The translations under genes and the position numbers were made by a program. Positions 44,612 through 55,036 of a stretch of 64,000 nt of DNA are shown piece after piece. The notes beneath the pieces were generated by a model. The model saw only the letters and a list, made by a program, of their open reading frames with translations, did no database searches and had not been told where the DNA came from. The DNA comes from Eubacteriales bacterium (GTDB lineage Bacteria; Bacillota; Clostridia; Oscillospirales; CAG-272), in assembly GCA_045531455.1 (NCBI GenBank), contig JAZSEA010000075.1, positions 83,878 through 147,877 on the forward strand. Direction: 5' to 3'. Positions within the stretch are counted from its first letter, which is position 1; every line of letters begins with the position of its first letter.

Positions 44612-47131
44612 ATGAAAACTTTATTGGTCGTTGACGGAAACAGTATACTTAACAGAGCGTTTTACGGTATCAGGACACTAACCAACTCTGCGGGACTCCC
44701 CACAAACGCTGTATACGGAATGATTACTATGCTTAGTCGTCAGCTTGAAAAATACAATCCAGATTATACAGCAATAGCTTTTGACGTACACTCGCCGACG
44801 TTCCGTCACAAAATGTACGACGGTTATAAGGCAACAAGAAAAGGAATGCCCGAAGAGTTAGCTCTCCAAATGCCTTATGCCAAAAAAGCCGCTGAAGCAC
44901 TTGGTTTCACAATTATTGAAAAATCCGGCTACGAAGCAGATGACATTCTCGGTACTCTCGCCAAAAAAGCAAGCACTTCCGAAGAAGAGATTTTGACACT
45001 TCTAATGACCGGAGACAGAGATTCGCTTCAGCTGATTTCCGATTCAACCGTTGTTCTGCTTGCAACCAATTCGGATTATATCTATTTTGACAGAGCTGCT
45101 TTTGTCGAAAAATACGGCGTACAGCCCGAACAATTTGTCGACGTAAAAGCGATCATGGGCGACACCTCAGATAACATCCCCGGTATCAGCGGAATTGGCG
45201 AGAAAGGTGCACTCAGCCTTATTTCAGAATTCGGAACACTTGAAAATATTTATGAAAACTATTCCTCATCCGATCTAAAGCCCTCTGTTGTCAAAAAGCT
45301 TGAAGCCGGAAAAGACTCTGCATTTCTTTCAAAAGCGCTCGCAACTATCAACTGCGACGTTCCCGATGTTTCAGATATTTCAGAAATAATTAACCGAGGC
45401 ATAAATAAAAGCGACGCATTCAAATTGTTCAGGGAGTTGGAATTTTCTGCATTAATTAAGAAATTTGAACTCGAAAAGTCACATTCCGAAGAAAAGGCAG
45501 AAGTCGTCGATCGTGTTGTTTCGAAAGAAAGCAAAGATGAGCTGATCAAGCTATTAAAAGATATCAATACTGCGGTAATCATCGACAACGGTATCATTTA
45601 TGCTTACAATGGTGCAACCGCATCTCATTGCTCGTACGACAGGGAATGTGCTGAATATCTAGCGGAAAACGCAAATGAACTAATTTCATATGATATCAAG
45701 AGTATTTACGAGGCATCAGATAAACTTGGCGTCAGATTCAGAACAATCAAGGACGATGTTATGTTATCTGCATACGTACTCGATTCCCAGGGCGGACACG
45801 ATCTCGAAAGACTTGTATCAAAATATCTTTCGGGAACGATTAACGCTGATGAATCCAAGGCTGCTTACGTTTACAGAATTGCTGCAGTTATAACTGCGAA
45901 AAATTCCGATACACCCGAGGAAAAGCTTTATCGAGAAATCGAGCTGCCTCTTGCTGCTGTTCTTGCTGATATGGAAGAAGCAGGCTTCCTTATTGACCGA
46001 GAAGGTATTGCGGCTTACGGTGAAAAACTCAAGGAAGAGGCTGACTATCTTGCAGAAAGGATCTATTTCCTTGCGGGAGAAGAATTCAATATCAACTCTC
46101 CGAAGCAGCTTGGTGATATCTTGTTCGAAAAGCTCAAGCTTCCCAGTGGTAAAAAAACAAAGACCGGATACTCAACCAATGCTGAGATTCTCCAGAAGCT
46201 CGCACCCAAACATCCGATAGTATCCGATATTCTCGACTACCGTCAGCTGACAAAGCTTATCGGAACTTACGTAACGGGTCTTTTGAAGCTTGCCACCGAG
46301 GATGGAAGAATTCACACGAATTTCAAGCAAACAGGTACGGCAACAGGTCGTCTTTCATCCGCCGAACCCAATCTACAAAATATTCCAGTACGTACAGAAG
46401 CGGGCAGAGAATTGCGCAAATATTTCCTTCCGAGAAAGGGTTACAAGCTTATTTCTGCCGACTATTCGCAGATTGAGCTCAGACTACTTGCGTGTATTTC
46501 CGGAGACGAGAATATGTTAAATGCGTTTGCTTCCGGAGAAGATATCCATACGTCAACTGCTTCAGCTGTATTCAACGTCCCGATAGAATCGGTTACTCCT
46601 CTCCTGCGTAAGCGAGCAAAGGCTGTAAACTTCGGTATAGTCTACGGAATCGGTGATTATTCGCTTTCCCAAGACCTCGATATTTCCGTCAAACAAGCCA
46701 AGGAGTACATTGACAGCTATCTGTCATCATATCCCGGAGTTCAGGCATATCTCAAGAATATTGTCGAAATAGCCGCAGAGAACGGTTACGTAGATACACT
46801 TTACGGCAGAAAGAGATATATTCCCGAAATCAATTCCAAAAATGGTGTAATGCGTAAGTTTGGCGAACGAGTTGCTATGAACAGCCCGATTCAGGGAAGT
46901 GCCGCAGATATTATCAAGATTGCTATGCTCAACGTAAGTAAAAAGCTATCAGAGGCTAGAATCGATGCGAGAATTATCCTTCAGGTACACGATGAATTGA
47001 TCATCGAAGCATCAGCAGATTGTGCCGATTCAGCAGCAGAGATACTTCGCAATGAAATGGAAAATGCCGCTCAATTGCCAATTCCTTTGAGCGTTGACCT
47101 CTCTATCGGAGACAGATGGTACGAAACTTAA
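44612..47131 (+). CDS. polA: DNA polymerase I (5'-3' exonuclease + vestigial 3'-5' exo region + family A polymerase)
   Basis: The 5' nuclease region (LLVVDGNS...GDRDSLQL...GIGEKGA) and pol motif A (LISADYSQIELRLLA), motif B (RKRAKAVNFGIVYG) and motif C (QVHDELI). The central region has no DxE exo motif. Confidence 0.95.
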   Translation: MKTLLVVDGNSILNRAFYGIRTLTNSAGLPTNAVYGMITMLSRQLEKYNPDYTAIAFDVHSPTFRHKMYDGYKATRKGMPEELALQMPYAKKAAEALGFTIIEKSGYEADDILGTLAKKASTSEEEILTLLMTGDRDSLQLISDSTVVLLATNSDYIYFDRAAFVEKYGVQPEQFVDVKAIMGDTSDNIPGISGIGEKGALSLISEFGTLENIYENYSSSDLKPSVVKKLEAGKDSAFLSKALATINCDVPDVSDISEIINRGINKSDAFKLFRELEFSALIKKFELEKSHSEEKAEVVDRVVSKESKDELIKLLKDINTAVIIDNGIIYAYNGATASHCSYDRECAEYLAENANELISYDIKSIYEASDKLGVRFRTIKDDVMLSAYVLDSQGGHDLERLVSKYLSGTINADESKAAYVYRIAAVITAKNSDTPEEKLYREIELPLAAVLADMEEAGFLIDREGIAAYGEKLKEEADYLAERIYFLAGEEFNINSPKQLGDILFEKLKLPSGKKTKTGYSTNAEILQKLAPKHPIVSDILDYRQLTKLIGTYVTGLLKLATEDGRIHTNFKQTGTATGRLSSAEPNLQNIPVRTEAGRELRKYFLPRKGYKLISADYSQIELRLLACISGDENMLNAFASGEDIHTSTASAVFNVPIESVTPLLRKRAKAVNFGIVYGIGDYSLSQDLDISVKQAKEYIDSYLSSYPGVQAYLKNIVEIAAENGYVDTLYGRKRYIPEINSKNGVMRKFGERVAMNSPIQGSAADIIKIAMLNVSKKLSEARIDARIILQVHDELIIEASADCADSAAEILRNEMENAAQLPIPLSVDLSIGDRWYET

Positions 47132-47137
47132 ACCTCA

Positions 47138-47170
47138 GATCCGTTGCAAATTTTGCAACGGATCATTTTT
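47138..47170 (+). terminator. Rho-independent terminator after polA
   Basis: 13-bp stem GATCCGTTGCAAA/TTTGCAACGGATC followed by ATTTTTATT. Confidence 0.85.
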
Positions 47171-47183
47171 ATTCAAATAATTC

Positions 47184-47212
47184 TTGACATCTGCTTATTT
47201 TTTTATTATAAT
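47184..47212 (+). promoter_or_regulatory. Promoter (TTGACA-17-TATAAT) of the DUF4965-dapF-lysA unit
   Basis: TTGACA at 47184..47189 and TATAAT at 47207..47212. Confidence 0.7.
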
Positions 47213-47243
47213 ATAGACAACAAAAAATAAAGGAGAAATTAGC

Positions 47244-49166
47244 ATGAGACTCCGTGCACCTTCTTATCCTCTGATCACAATTGATCCTTATTTCAGCATT
47301 TGGTCCCCCGCAGACAAGCCTACCGAAATAGATACCACACATTGGACAGGCAAGCCGATAACCCTTTCAGTTATAGCAAATATCGACGGCAAGGATTTCA
47401 GACTCATCGGAAAATACGGTAGTGAAGCGATCCCTGCTGCAAACCTTGAATCTGTAGATTGCTCCGCATTTTCTACCACTTACGTATATAACGAGAACGG
47501 CGTAAAGCTGTCTTTGATTTTTACCTCACCTGTAATTCCTGATGACCTTTATATGCTCTCGAGACCTATCAGTTATCTTGAAGTTAAGAAAGAATCGGCA
47601 GACGGCGGAAGACATAACGTTTCTCTCAAAATAGAAATGTCGGAAGAGGTCTGCATGAACCTCCGCGGCGACGACACTGTAGAGATCGCAAAGATCGAGC
47701 TTGGTCAGCTTTCAAGCATTAAAATGGGCAAGACAGAGCAAAAGATCCTCGGAAGATGCGGCGACGATCTTCGCATCGAATGGGGTTACTTCTACCTTAC
47801 CGGTGTTGGAAATACATATTCAAGAACTGATGCAGAAGGCATGACCTTTGTGGGAATCGAGTCCCAGATCAAGTCTTCGTCCTTGTTCACGTTTGCATAT
47901 GACGACATTGAGAGTATGCAGTACTTCGGAAAGAACCTCAAGACCTATTGGAACAAGGACGGCGCAAAGATCGAAGATGAGATCCTCAAGGCTCACGGTG
48001 ATTATAAGCACGTAATGCGAAAATGCTCTCAGATCGGCGAGAAGCTCTTCTGCGATGCTGTACGCGCCGGAGGAGAGAAGTATGCCGAGATCTGCGAGCT
48101 TTCCTTCAGACAGGCTATTGCGGCTCACAAGCTTGTTCTTGATGAAAACGGCGACGTCCTCTTTATATCCAAGGAGTGCTTCTCCAACGGCTGTGCCGCT
48201 ACAGTTGACGTAAGCTATCCATCTATCCCGCTTTTCCTCATCTACAACCCCGAACTCGTTAAGGGTATGATGAGACCTATCTATAAATATGCTGCTTCCG
48301 AAGATTGGAAGTACGACTTTGCGCCTCACGATGCAGGCTGCTATCCCCATGTAAACGGTCAGGTTTACGGCGGTAACAGACTCGAAAAGCAGATGCCCGT
48401 TGAAGAATGCGGCAATATGCTGATTATGGAAACCGCTGTTGCTATTGCAACAAAGGATGCCTCCTTTGCCGCTTCTCATATGGGCATTCTTGATCAATGG
48501 GTAAAGTACCTCATTGACAACGGTAGAGACCCCGAGAACCAGCTTTGCACCGATGACTTTGCAGGTCACCTTGCTCATAACTGTAATCTTACCCTCAAGG
48601 CTATTATGGGTATCACGGGATACGCGATCATCAAGGGAATGCTCGGAGACAAGAGAGCCAAGAGAAAGTTTATTGCGATGGCAAGAAGTATGGCTTCCGA
48701 TTGGGCAGTGAGAGCTTCTAACGGCGACGGAAGCTACAGACTTGCTTTTGACAAGCCCGGCACCTTCAGCATGAAGTACAATATAGTTTGGGATAAGCTT
48801 TTCGGTACAGAGATCATGTCCAAAACTGTAATAGAATCTGAGGTTGCAAGCTACCGCAAGCACACTGATGCCTACGGCCTTCCTCTCGATAACCGTCAGC
48901 CCTACACCAAGAGCGACTGGCTTATCTGGACCGCAACACTTGCTGAGAACAGAGACACCTTTGAGGATATGGTAGAGCCTCTTTGGAACGCTTACAACAG
49001 TATGCTTTCGAGAGTTCCTATGACGGACTGGTATTACACCGTAACAGGTCAGCACAAGAACTATCTCAGCCGCTCGGAAAACGTTGACAAGAGCTTCAGA
49101 AACAGAACTGTTGTCGGCGGTCATTTCATCAAGCTTCTTGAATACAAGGGCATTATGAAGCTCTGA
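47244..49166 (+). CDS. Glutaminase-A-like family protein (DUF4964/DUF5127/DUF4965/DUF1793 architecture), cytoplasmic form
   Basis: The N-terminus MRLRAPSYPLITIDPYFSIWS and the overall 640-aa layout are typical of this family. No signal peptide. AAAGGAG RBS. Confidence 0.65.
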   Translation: MRLRAPSYPLITIDPYFSIWSPADKPTEIDTTHWTGKPITLSVIANIDGKDFRLIGKYGSEAIPAANLESVDCSAFSTTYVYNENGVKLSLIFTSPVIPDDLYMLSRPISYLEVKKESADGGRHNVSLKIEMSEEVCMNLRGDDTVEIAKIELGQLSSIKMGKTEQKILGRCGDDLRIEWGYFYLTGVGNTYSRTDAEGMTFVGIESQIKSSSLFTFAYDDIESMQYFGKNLKTYWNKDGAKIEDEILKAHGDYKHVMRKCSQIGEKLFCDAVRAGGEKYAEICELSFRQAIAAHKLVLDENGDVLFISKECFSNGCAATVDVSYPSIPLFLIYNPELVKGMMRPIYKYAASEDWKYDFAPHDAGCYPHVNGQVYGGNRLEKQMPVEECGNMLIMETAVAIATKDASFAASHMGILDQWVKYLIDNGRDPENQLCTDDFAGHLAHNCNLTLKAIMGITGYAIIKGMLGDKRAKRKFIAMARSMASDWAVRASNGDGSYRLAFDKPGTFSMKYNIVWDKLFGTEIMSKTVIESEVASYRKHTDAYGLPLDNRQPYTKSDWLIWTATLAENRDTFEDMVEPLWNAYNSMLSRVPMTDWYYTVTGQHKNYLSRSENVDKSFRNRTVVGGHFIKLLEYKGIMKL

Positions 49167-50002
49167 TGAAGATCAATTTCACCAAAATTCAATCCTGCGG
49201 AAACGATTACATATACGTCAATTGCCTCGAAGGCATAGATTTTGATCCCTCCGGGCTTGCACTCAGAATGTCACCAAGACATTTGTCCGTAGGCTCGGAC
49301 GGCGTGATCCTCGCTTGTCCTTCGGATATTGCGGATTTCAAGATGCGCATTTTCAATGCCGACGGCAGTGAAGCGAAAATGTGCGGTAACGGAATCCGAG
49401 GCTTGGCGGCATTTCTTGCTGATGAAGGTCTTATCTCCGCAAGTACACCCACCCTAAAGATTGAATCCAATTCAGGCGTTCACGCTGTTAATTTCAATTC
49501 AGATGGTACAATATCAGCTGAAATGGTTAGTCATTCATTCGATCCATCTGATATTCCTATGAAAAGAAGAGCCCCTCTTCGAGGCGATTCGATATTAGTA
49601 AGTGGCGTTGAATATAAATCTTACGCCGTTTCTGTCGGAAATCCGCATCTCGTATTATTCGTCGATAACGTTAACATATTCGAACTTGAAGATACAGCAA
49701 AACCTATCAACGAATCCTGGCTCTTTCCTGATGGAGTAAACGTTGAAATCGTTTCTGTTTCGACAGACAAAAGAACTAGTATGCGGGTTTACGAGCGCGG
49801 AAGCGGAGAGACTTATTCATGCGGAACAGGTGCATGTGCAGTTGCTCTCTCACTAATCGAAGAGGGAATTGCAGATCGGGATAATGTAGTTATTCATACA
49901 CGCGGCGGTATACTCAAATGTTCGATGTCAGCAAGCGGAAGAATGATTCTTTCCGGAAACTCGCAGATAGTATATAAAGGAATTTACGAGTACAATAAAT
50001 AA
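49166..50002 (+). CDS. dapF: Diaminopimelate epimerase
   Basis: CGNDYIYV, plus both catalytic Cys motifs (MCGNGIRG and SCGTGACA). Its ATG shares one base with the upstream TGA (TGATG). Confidence 0.93.
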   Translation: MKINFTKIQSCGNDYIYVNCLEGIDFDPSGLALRMSPRHLSVGSDGVILACPSDIADFKMRIFNADGSEAKMCGNGIRGLAAFLADEGLISASTPTLKIESNSGVHAVNFNSDGTISAEMVSHSFDPSDIPMKRRAPLRGDSILVSGVEYKSYAVSVGNPHLVLFVDNVNIFELEDTAKPINESWLFPDGVNVEIVSVSTDKRTSMRVYERGSGETYSCGTGACAVALSLIEEGIADRDNVVIHTRGGILKCSMSASGRMILSGNSQIVYKGIYEYNK

Positions 50003-50003
50003 A

Positions 50004-51329
50004 ATGATTACTAAAGAAAGAAAAATAACATCACTTAACCCCAATATTTCTGTGACCGAGGATGACGGTCATCTCCATTTTGCTGGTTACGATACCATTA
50101 AACTTGCAGATAAGTACGGCACGCCTCTCTATCTCATAGATGAGGAACATATCCGAAAAATGTGCAGGATCTACGTAGAGTCTATGAAGGAAGCTTTTGA
50201 CAACTATTCAATGCCGCTATTTGCAAGCAAATCGCTCTCCTTCAAAAAGATATATAATATCATTGATTCCGAGGGAATGGGTGCTGACGTTGCTTCTATC
50301 GGCGAACTTTTTACAGCCTTACAAGCAGATTTTCCTGCCGAAAAGCTGATGTTCCACGGCAATAACAAAACCGATTCGGATATTACTTTTGCAATCACGC
50401 ACGGAGTCGGATGCTTCGTCTGCGACAACAGAGAAGAGCTTACTTCAATTGACAATATTGCTGGCCAATTCGGTATCAAGCAGAGAATCATGATAAGAGT
50501 CACTCCCGGCATTGATCCGCATACCCATGCAAAGATCAACACGGGCAGAATTGACAGCAAATTCGGTGCGGCGATCGAAACTCATCAGGCAGAAGAGCTT
50601 ACAGCATATGCTTTAAGTCTTAAGAACATCGATCTTCGCGGTTTTCATTGCCATATAGGTTCTCAGATATTTGATTTCGAGCCTTTCTGCGATGCCGCAA
50701 GAATTATGCTGAAATTCATCGCTGATATCAAGAACAGCCTTGGATATAGCGCGCGTTATCTCAATCTCGGCGGAGGAATGGGAGTCAGATACGTTTCATC
50801 CGATCCAGAGATAGATTACAGAGCAAATATTCTGAAAATAGGCGAGATCGTTAAAGAAGAATGCAAAAAGCTTCATATAAACCGTCCGCACATCTTTATG
50901 GAGCCTGGTAGAAGTATCGTTGCAGCCGCAGGCATGACTCTTTATACCGTAGGCGCAATCAAAGAGATCGAAGGCTTCAAGAACTACGTTTCGATCGACG
51001 GCGGAATGACCGATAATCCTCGTTACGCTCTTTACAATTCTTCCTATACAGTCGCTCTCGCCAATAAGATGAATGAGGCCGATAATTTCACTTGCACTGT
51101 AGCGGGCAGATGCTGTGAAAGCGGTGATCTCATCCAGGAAGATGTTACGATTCCACGCCCTGTAAGAGGAGACATTCTTGCCGTTGCTACAACAGGTGCG
51201 TACAATTACTCGATGGCTTCGAATTACAACAGAATTCCGCGACCTCCCGTAGTAATTCTTAATAATCAAAAGGACTACATAGCAGTAAGACGCGAAACTC
51301 TCGATGATTTGGTTTCTTATGACAAATAA
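50004..51329 (+). CDS. lysA: Diaminopimelate decarboxylase
   Basis: Fold-III PLP enzyme motifs (ASKSL Lys, HCHIGSQ, LGGGMGV, EPGRS, CESGD). Starts 1 nt after the dapF stop. Confidence 0.93.
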   Translation: MITKERKITSLNPNISVTEDDGHLHFAGYDTIKLADKYGTPLYLIDEEHIRKMCRIYVESMKEAFDNYSMPLFASKSLSFKKIYNIIDSEGMGADVASIGELFTALQADFPAEKLMFHGNNKTDSDITFAITHGVGCFVCDNREELTSIDNIAGQFGIKQRIMIRVTPGIDPHTHAKINTGRIDSKFGAAIETHQAEELTAYALSLKNIDLRGFHCHIGSQIFDFEPFCDAARIMLKFIADIKNSLGYSARYLNLGGGMGVRYVSSDPEIDYRANILKIGEIVKEECKKLHINRPHIFMEPGRSIVAAAGMTLYTVGAIKEIEGFKNYVSIDGGMTDNPRYALYNSSYTVALANKMNEADNFTCTVAGRCCESGDLIQEDVTIPRPVRGDILAVATTGAYNYSMASNYNRIPRPPVVILNNQKDYIAVRRETLDDLVSYDK

Positions 51330-51332
51330 AAG

Positions 51333-51368
51333 CAATGGCTTCCTCGCAAGGAAGCCATTGTTTTATTT
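51333..51368. terminator. Bidirectional hairpin terminator between lysA and proC
   Basis: 11-bp stem CAATGGCTTCC/GGAAGCCATTG, then TTTTATTT. Confidence 0.85.
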
Positions 51369-52157
51369 CAGTTCAAGCGTTCTTTTGTATGCCGCAACCA
51401 CGGCATTCATCGCAGCTGCGCGGAATCCCGAATCTTCAAGTGCGTGAACACCGGCAATCGTCGTACCGCCGGGACTGCACACGTTATCTTTCAATGTGCC
51501 CGGATTGCCGTTTTGAAGCAGTAGCTCTGCGCTGCCTTTCAACATTTGTGCAGCGTATTTCAACGCTTTGTCACGAGGCAATCCACATTCAACTCCCGCA
51601 TCCGCAAGAGCCTCCGCGAAGATAAAGGCATAAGCGGGCCCGCATCCGGAAACAGCACTTCCGGCGTCTATCAATTTCTCGGGAAGGCGGTCAAGAAGTC
51701 CCGCTCCCTCCATGATTCTCTCAAACAATTCGATGTCGGATATATTGACCGAATCATTGAAAGCATAAAGTATCATTCCAGAGCCCACACCGCAAGGGGT
51801 ATTAGGCATAATTCTGATGATCGGTCTCGTGATTCCGAGAACCTCTTCATAATATGCAATTTCAAGTCCCGCTGCCATTGTGACCACAACGCATTTACTG
51901 CTGTTGATCTTTTCAACGAGAGGACGAATGGCTTCAAACATAAACTGAGGTTTGATACCAAGAAAGACAAATTTCGAATTTTCAATGAGGTCTTCAGGTT
52001 CGACGCACATAGTTTTGCATTCAGAGCAGAGAAGTGCAGTTTTTGATTCGTCCATATCGTATACTGCAACGCCGACACCGCCTACTGCGCGAGCCACCGC
52101 ACGGGCGAGAGCACCGCCCATATTTCCGCATCCGATAAATCCGGCTTTAAATAACAT
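51363..52157 (-). CDS. proC: Pyrroline-5-carboxylate reductase
   Basis: The N-terminus GFIGCGNMGGAL and the C-terminal SPGGTTIAG motif. Confidence 0.92.
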   Translation of the reverse strand: MLFKAGFIGCGNMGGALARAVARAVGGVGVAVYDMDESKTALLCSECKTMCVEPEDLIENSKFVFLGIKPQFMFEAIRPLVEKINSSKCVVVTMAAGLEIAYYEEVLGITRPIIRIMPNTPCGVGSGMILYAFNDSVNISDIELFERIMEGAGLLDRLPEKLIDAGSAVSGCGPAYAFIFAEALADAGVECGLPRDKALKYAAQMLKGSAELLLQNGNPGTLKDNVCSPGGTTIAGVHALEDSGFRAAAMNAVVAAYKRTLELK

Positions 52158-52169
52158 AATAATTCCTCC

Positions 52170-53426
52170 TTATCGAATCTGTCCGTTTCCGCGGATCTTG
52201 TATTTGTAAGAAGTCAATTCGCAGAGTCCCATCGGACCTCTTGCGTGCATTTTTTGCGTCGATATTCCAATCTCGCATCCGAGACCGAATTCACCGCCGT
52301 CGGTAAATCTTGTAGAAGCGTTCCAATATACTGACGTGCTGTCGATCTCATTTAGGAATTTTTCAGCGATCTCAGCATTTTCGGTAATTATCGCCTCACT
52401 ATGCTGAGTAGAATGCTTTGAAATATGAGAAATCGCTTCATCTACAGAATCGACTACTTTGACAGCGAGAATATAATCGAGAAACTCCGTGTCAAAATCG
52501 GTTTCCGACGCGGATTTTGCATCGATGAATTCCATAGCCTTAGCATCAACTCTTAATTCAACGGGTTTCAACCCCGAGGAAGCGCGCCGGTCAACTAAAA
52601 CACTCGCGAGTGAAGGGAGAAACGTTGGCGCAATATCCTTATGAACCAAACAAACCTCTGCGGCGTTACAAACCGAAGGACGCTGAGTCTTTGCGTTCTC
52701 AATAATTCGCAGAGCTTTACAGAAATCAGCATCTTTGTCTACGTAGACATGACAAACGCCCGTGCCGGTTCTTATGCAAGGAACCTTTGCATTTTCAACG
52801 CAATAATTGATGAGTCCTGCACCTCCGCGAGGAATAAGTGCATCAAGATATTCTACCGCTTGCATCATTTCTGCGGCGGCTTCACGGGTGTTATCCTCGA
52901 GAATATTAACAGTATCGGCGGAACAGAAAGGAGTTATTGCTTGTCTTATAGCATTTATGATCGCTACAGAGGTTCTGTGAGCTTCCTTGCCGCATTTGAG
53001 AACACAAGAATTACCGCTTTTAAAGCAGAGTGCAGCGGCATCAGAGGTTACGTTCGGACGGCTCTCATAAATAATTCCGATCACCCCGAGTGGAACACCG
53101 ACCTTTTCTATAACAAGACCGTTTTCAAGCGTATCGATAGATATTTGTCTTCCGACCGGGTCGGGAAGCTTGATGACGTCGCGTATACCGTTGGCCATAC
53201 CCTTGATTCTGGATTCGGTTAAGATCAATCTGTCGATCATTACGTCGGATAAGACCCCTCTTGACACTTCAACATCAGCAAGATTCGCCGAAAGAATAAC
53301 AGAAGCATTTGATTCTATAGCATCAGCCATTGCCGCCAGGGCTTGATTTTTTCTTTCGGTTGAAAGCAAAGCAAGCTCGGAAGAGGCTGTTTTTACTCTT
53401 TTAAGAATTTCTAAAGTAGAGTTCAT
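52170..53426 (-). CDS. proA: Glutamate-5-semialdehyde dehydrogenase
   Basis: Aldehyde dehydrogenase fold with catalytic PSVCNAAE and the GISTQKMHARGPMG motif. Confidence 0.93.
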   Translation of the reverse strand: MNSTLEILKRVKTASSELALLSTERKNQALAAMADAIESNASVILSANLADVEVSRGVLSDVMIDRLILTESRIKGMANGIRDVIKLPDPVGRQISIDTLENGLVIEKVGVPLGVIGIIYESRPNVTSDAAALCFKSGNSCVLKCGKEAHRTSVAIINAIRQAITPFCSADTVNILEDNTREAAAEMMQAVEYLDALIPRGGAGLINYCVENAKVPCIRTGTGVCHVYVDKDADFCKALRIIENAKTQRPSVCNAAEVCLVHKDIAPTFLPSLASVLVDRRASSGLKPVELRVDAKAMEFIDAKSASETDFDTEFLDYILAVKVVDSVDEAISHISKHSTQHSEAIITENAEIAEKFLNEIDSTSVYWNASTRFTDGGEFGLGCEIGISTQKMHARGPMGLCELTSYKYKIRGNGQIR

Positions 53427-53427
53427 A

Positions 53428-54204
53428 TCAAATTACCTTTTTTGAGTAAAATCGCGTGCAGTTAGTATAAGTATTGGCAACAATGTCATAAAGAGCTTTT
53501 GGTTCTGCACCGTTTGCGATAACCATATCGCAACCGCCGTTCATACAGATTTCGGCAGCGGAAAGCTTAGTCCTCATGCCTCCGGTGCCCAATCCTGATG
53601 AGGTATCGCCTGCAAGAGCTCGAACACTATCGTCAATTTCATTTATTTGGTGTATTAACTTTGCATTGTGATCCTTATGAGGATCAGCAGTAAACAAGCC
53701 GTCAATATCAGAAAGGAGAATCAATAAATCAGCCGACACACTTACACTTACAAGAGCGGAAAGAGTATCATTGTCGCCAACCTTAATCTCGTCGGTTGCT
53801 ATAGTATCATTTTCATTAATTATTGGTAAAGCTCTGAGTTCAAGAAGTTTGCTTATTGTATTAATGAAGTTCTGATGTCTGTCCTCGTGATTGAAATCAG
53901 CTCCGGTAAGAAGTATTTGCGCAACGGTATGGTGGTATTCTGCAAAAAGCTTATCATACCTGTACATAAGCTCGCATTGTCCTACAGCGGCAGCAGCCTG
54001 CTTTGTTGCAATATCCTGCGGTTTACCCGAAAGAGAGAGTTTGGCGGCCCCCATACCAATTGCTCCGCTTGATACTACTATAATCTCCTCGCCGGAATTC
54101 TTAATATCGCTTATGATCCGACAAAGCTCTTCGGTTCTTCTGATATTAAGTTCACCGGATTTATGAGCAAGCGTTGAAGTTCCGATTTTTATAACAATTC
54201 TCAT
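53428..54204 (-). CDS. proB: Glutamate 5-kinase (short form without PUA domain)
   Basis: The amino-acid kinase motifs IKIGTSTL, VSSGAIG and GDNDTLSA. At 258 aa there is no C-terminal PUA domain. Confidence 0.92.
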   Translation of the reverse strand: MRIVIKIGTSTLAHKSGELNIRRTEELCRIISDIKNSGEEIIVVSSGAIGMGAAKLSLSGKPQDIATKQAAAAVGQCELMYRYDKLFAEYHHTVAQILLTGADFNHEDRHQNFINTISKLLELRALPIINENDTIATDEIKVGDNDTLSALVSVSVSADLLILLSDIDGLFTADPHKDHNAKLIHQINEIDDSVRALAGDTSSGLGTGGMRTKLSAAEICMNGGCDMVIANGAEPKALYDIVANTYTNCTRFYSKKVI

Positions 54205-54217
54205 ATCAAAATCCTCA

Positions 54218-55009
54218 TTAAATTATGGAAATATACTTCACAAGATTGAAAATGCTCGTTGCAACAATTGCCACAAGCATACAGCAGAAGAGAATATCAA
54301 CGGCACGTGATGACATCTTCTTGTTGATTTTCCGTCCGACAAAACCTCCGATTACACCCGAAATTATCATTACAGCAAGTGTTAAATAATCAGTCTCGGG
54401 TATAGAAGCAGAAGCGAATGAATAAATCAAACTGGCAGACTGAGCAAAAAGAATCATATAAAGCGAATTAAGTGCCGCTGTTTTGGTATTCATAGAAAAG
54501 AAGAAATACAATACAGCGAGATTGATAGGACCGCCTCCTATTCCAAGAAAAGAAGAGAGAATACCCAAGACAAGCCCTATAGCGAGACAAACAAAAACAG
54601 AAGAGATGTTATTGGTCTTAATGTGTTTTTTATTAAGTACGTAAAGAAGTACACCTGCTGTAAGTATGATCATTATTATACTTTGAACAGTTCCGACAGC
54701 ACCGTCGTTTCCTGCGCTTTTTTTAATAACATCAAATAAAAGCTTACCGACAACTCCGCCGACAGCAGATCCTATAGCAAGTGGCGTGGTTCTTAACTTA
54801 TCAATTTTAGCTTCACCGCCTGTTGACGAAATCAATGAAACCACACTCATTGCAAGTACACTGCATCCCGAAAGGAAGCTGATCTGAGAGACAGAAAGAG
54901 AAGCAGTCGCATCAAGGACCGGTTTGATGATTACGCCTCCTCCAATACCCGATATTGCACCAAGAGTAGTAGCGAGCAAGCAAATCAAAGAATAAAATAC
55001 GTATGTCAT
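54218..55009 (-). CDS. TauE/SafE family sulfite/anion exporter-like membrane protein
   Basis: About 8 TM helices with repeated GIGGG(V/P)I motifs at both halves, typical of TauE. Lies 13 nt upstream of proB. Confidence 0.8.
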   Translation of the reverse strand: MTYVFYSLICLLATTLGAISGIGGGVIIKPVLDATASLSVSQISFLSGCSVLAMSVVSLISSTGGEAKIDKLRTTPLAIGSAVGGVVGKLLFDVIKKSAGNDGAVGTVQSIIMIILTAGVLLYVLNKKHIKTNNISSVFVCLAIGLVLGILSSFLGIGGGPINLAVLYFFFSMNTKTAALNSLYMILFAQSASLIYSFASASIPETDYLTLAVMIISGVIGGFVGRKINKKMSSRAVDILFCCMLVAIVATSIFNLVKYISII

Positions 55010-55036
55010 AAACTACCTCATAGAATTAATAAATAT

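Noticed and set aside
47820-49124. A 434-aa antisense ORF lies entirely inside the DUF4965-family gene. Similar long antisense ORFs are 6413..7654 (413 aa, opposite icd), 1563..2246 (opposite the E2-like gene) and 5743..6306 (opposite acn).
   Set aside because: - All are in the codon-aligned antisense frame: (49122-47244), (7652-6632), (2244-1290) and (6304-4675) are all multiples of 3.
- In that frame, antisense stops correspond to the sense codons TTA, CTA and TCA, which these genes largely avoid. The open frames are therefore a codon-usage shadow.
- They have no RBS, their predicted proteins are low-complexity, and the sense genes carry clear family motifs.
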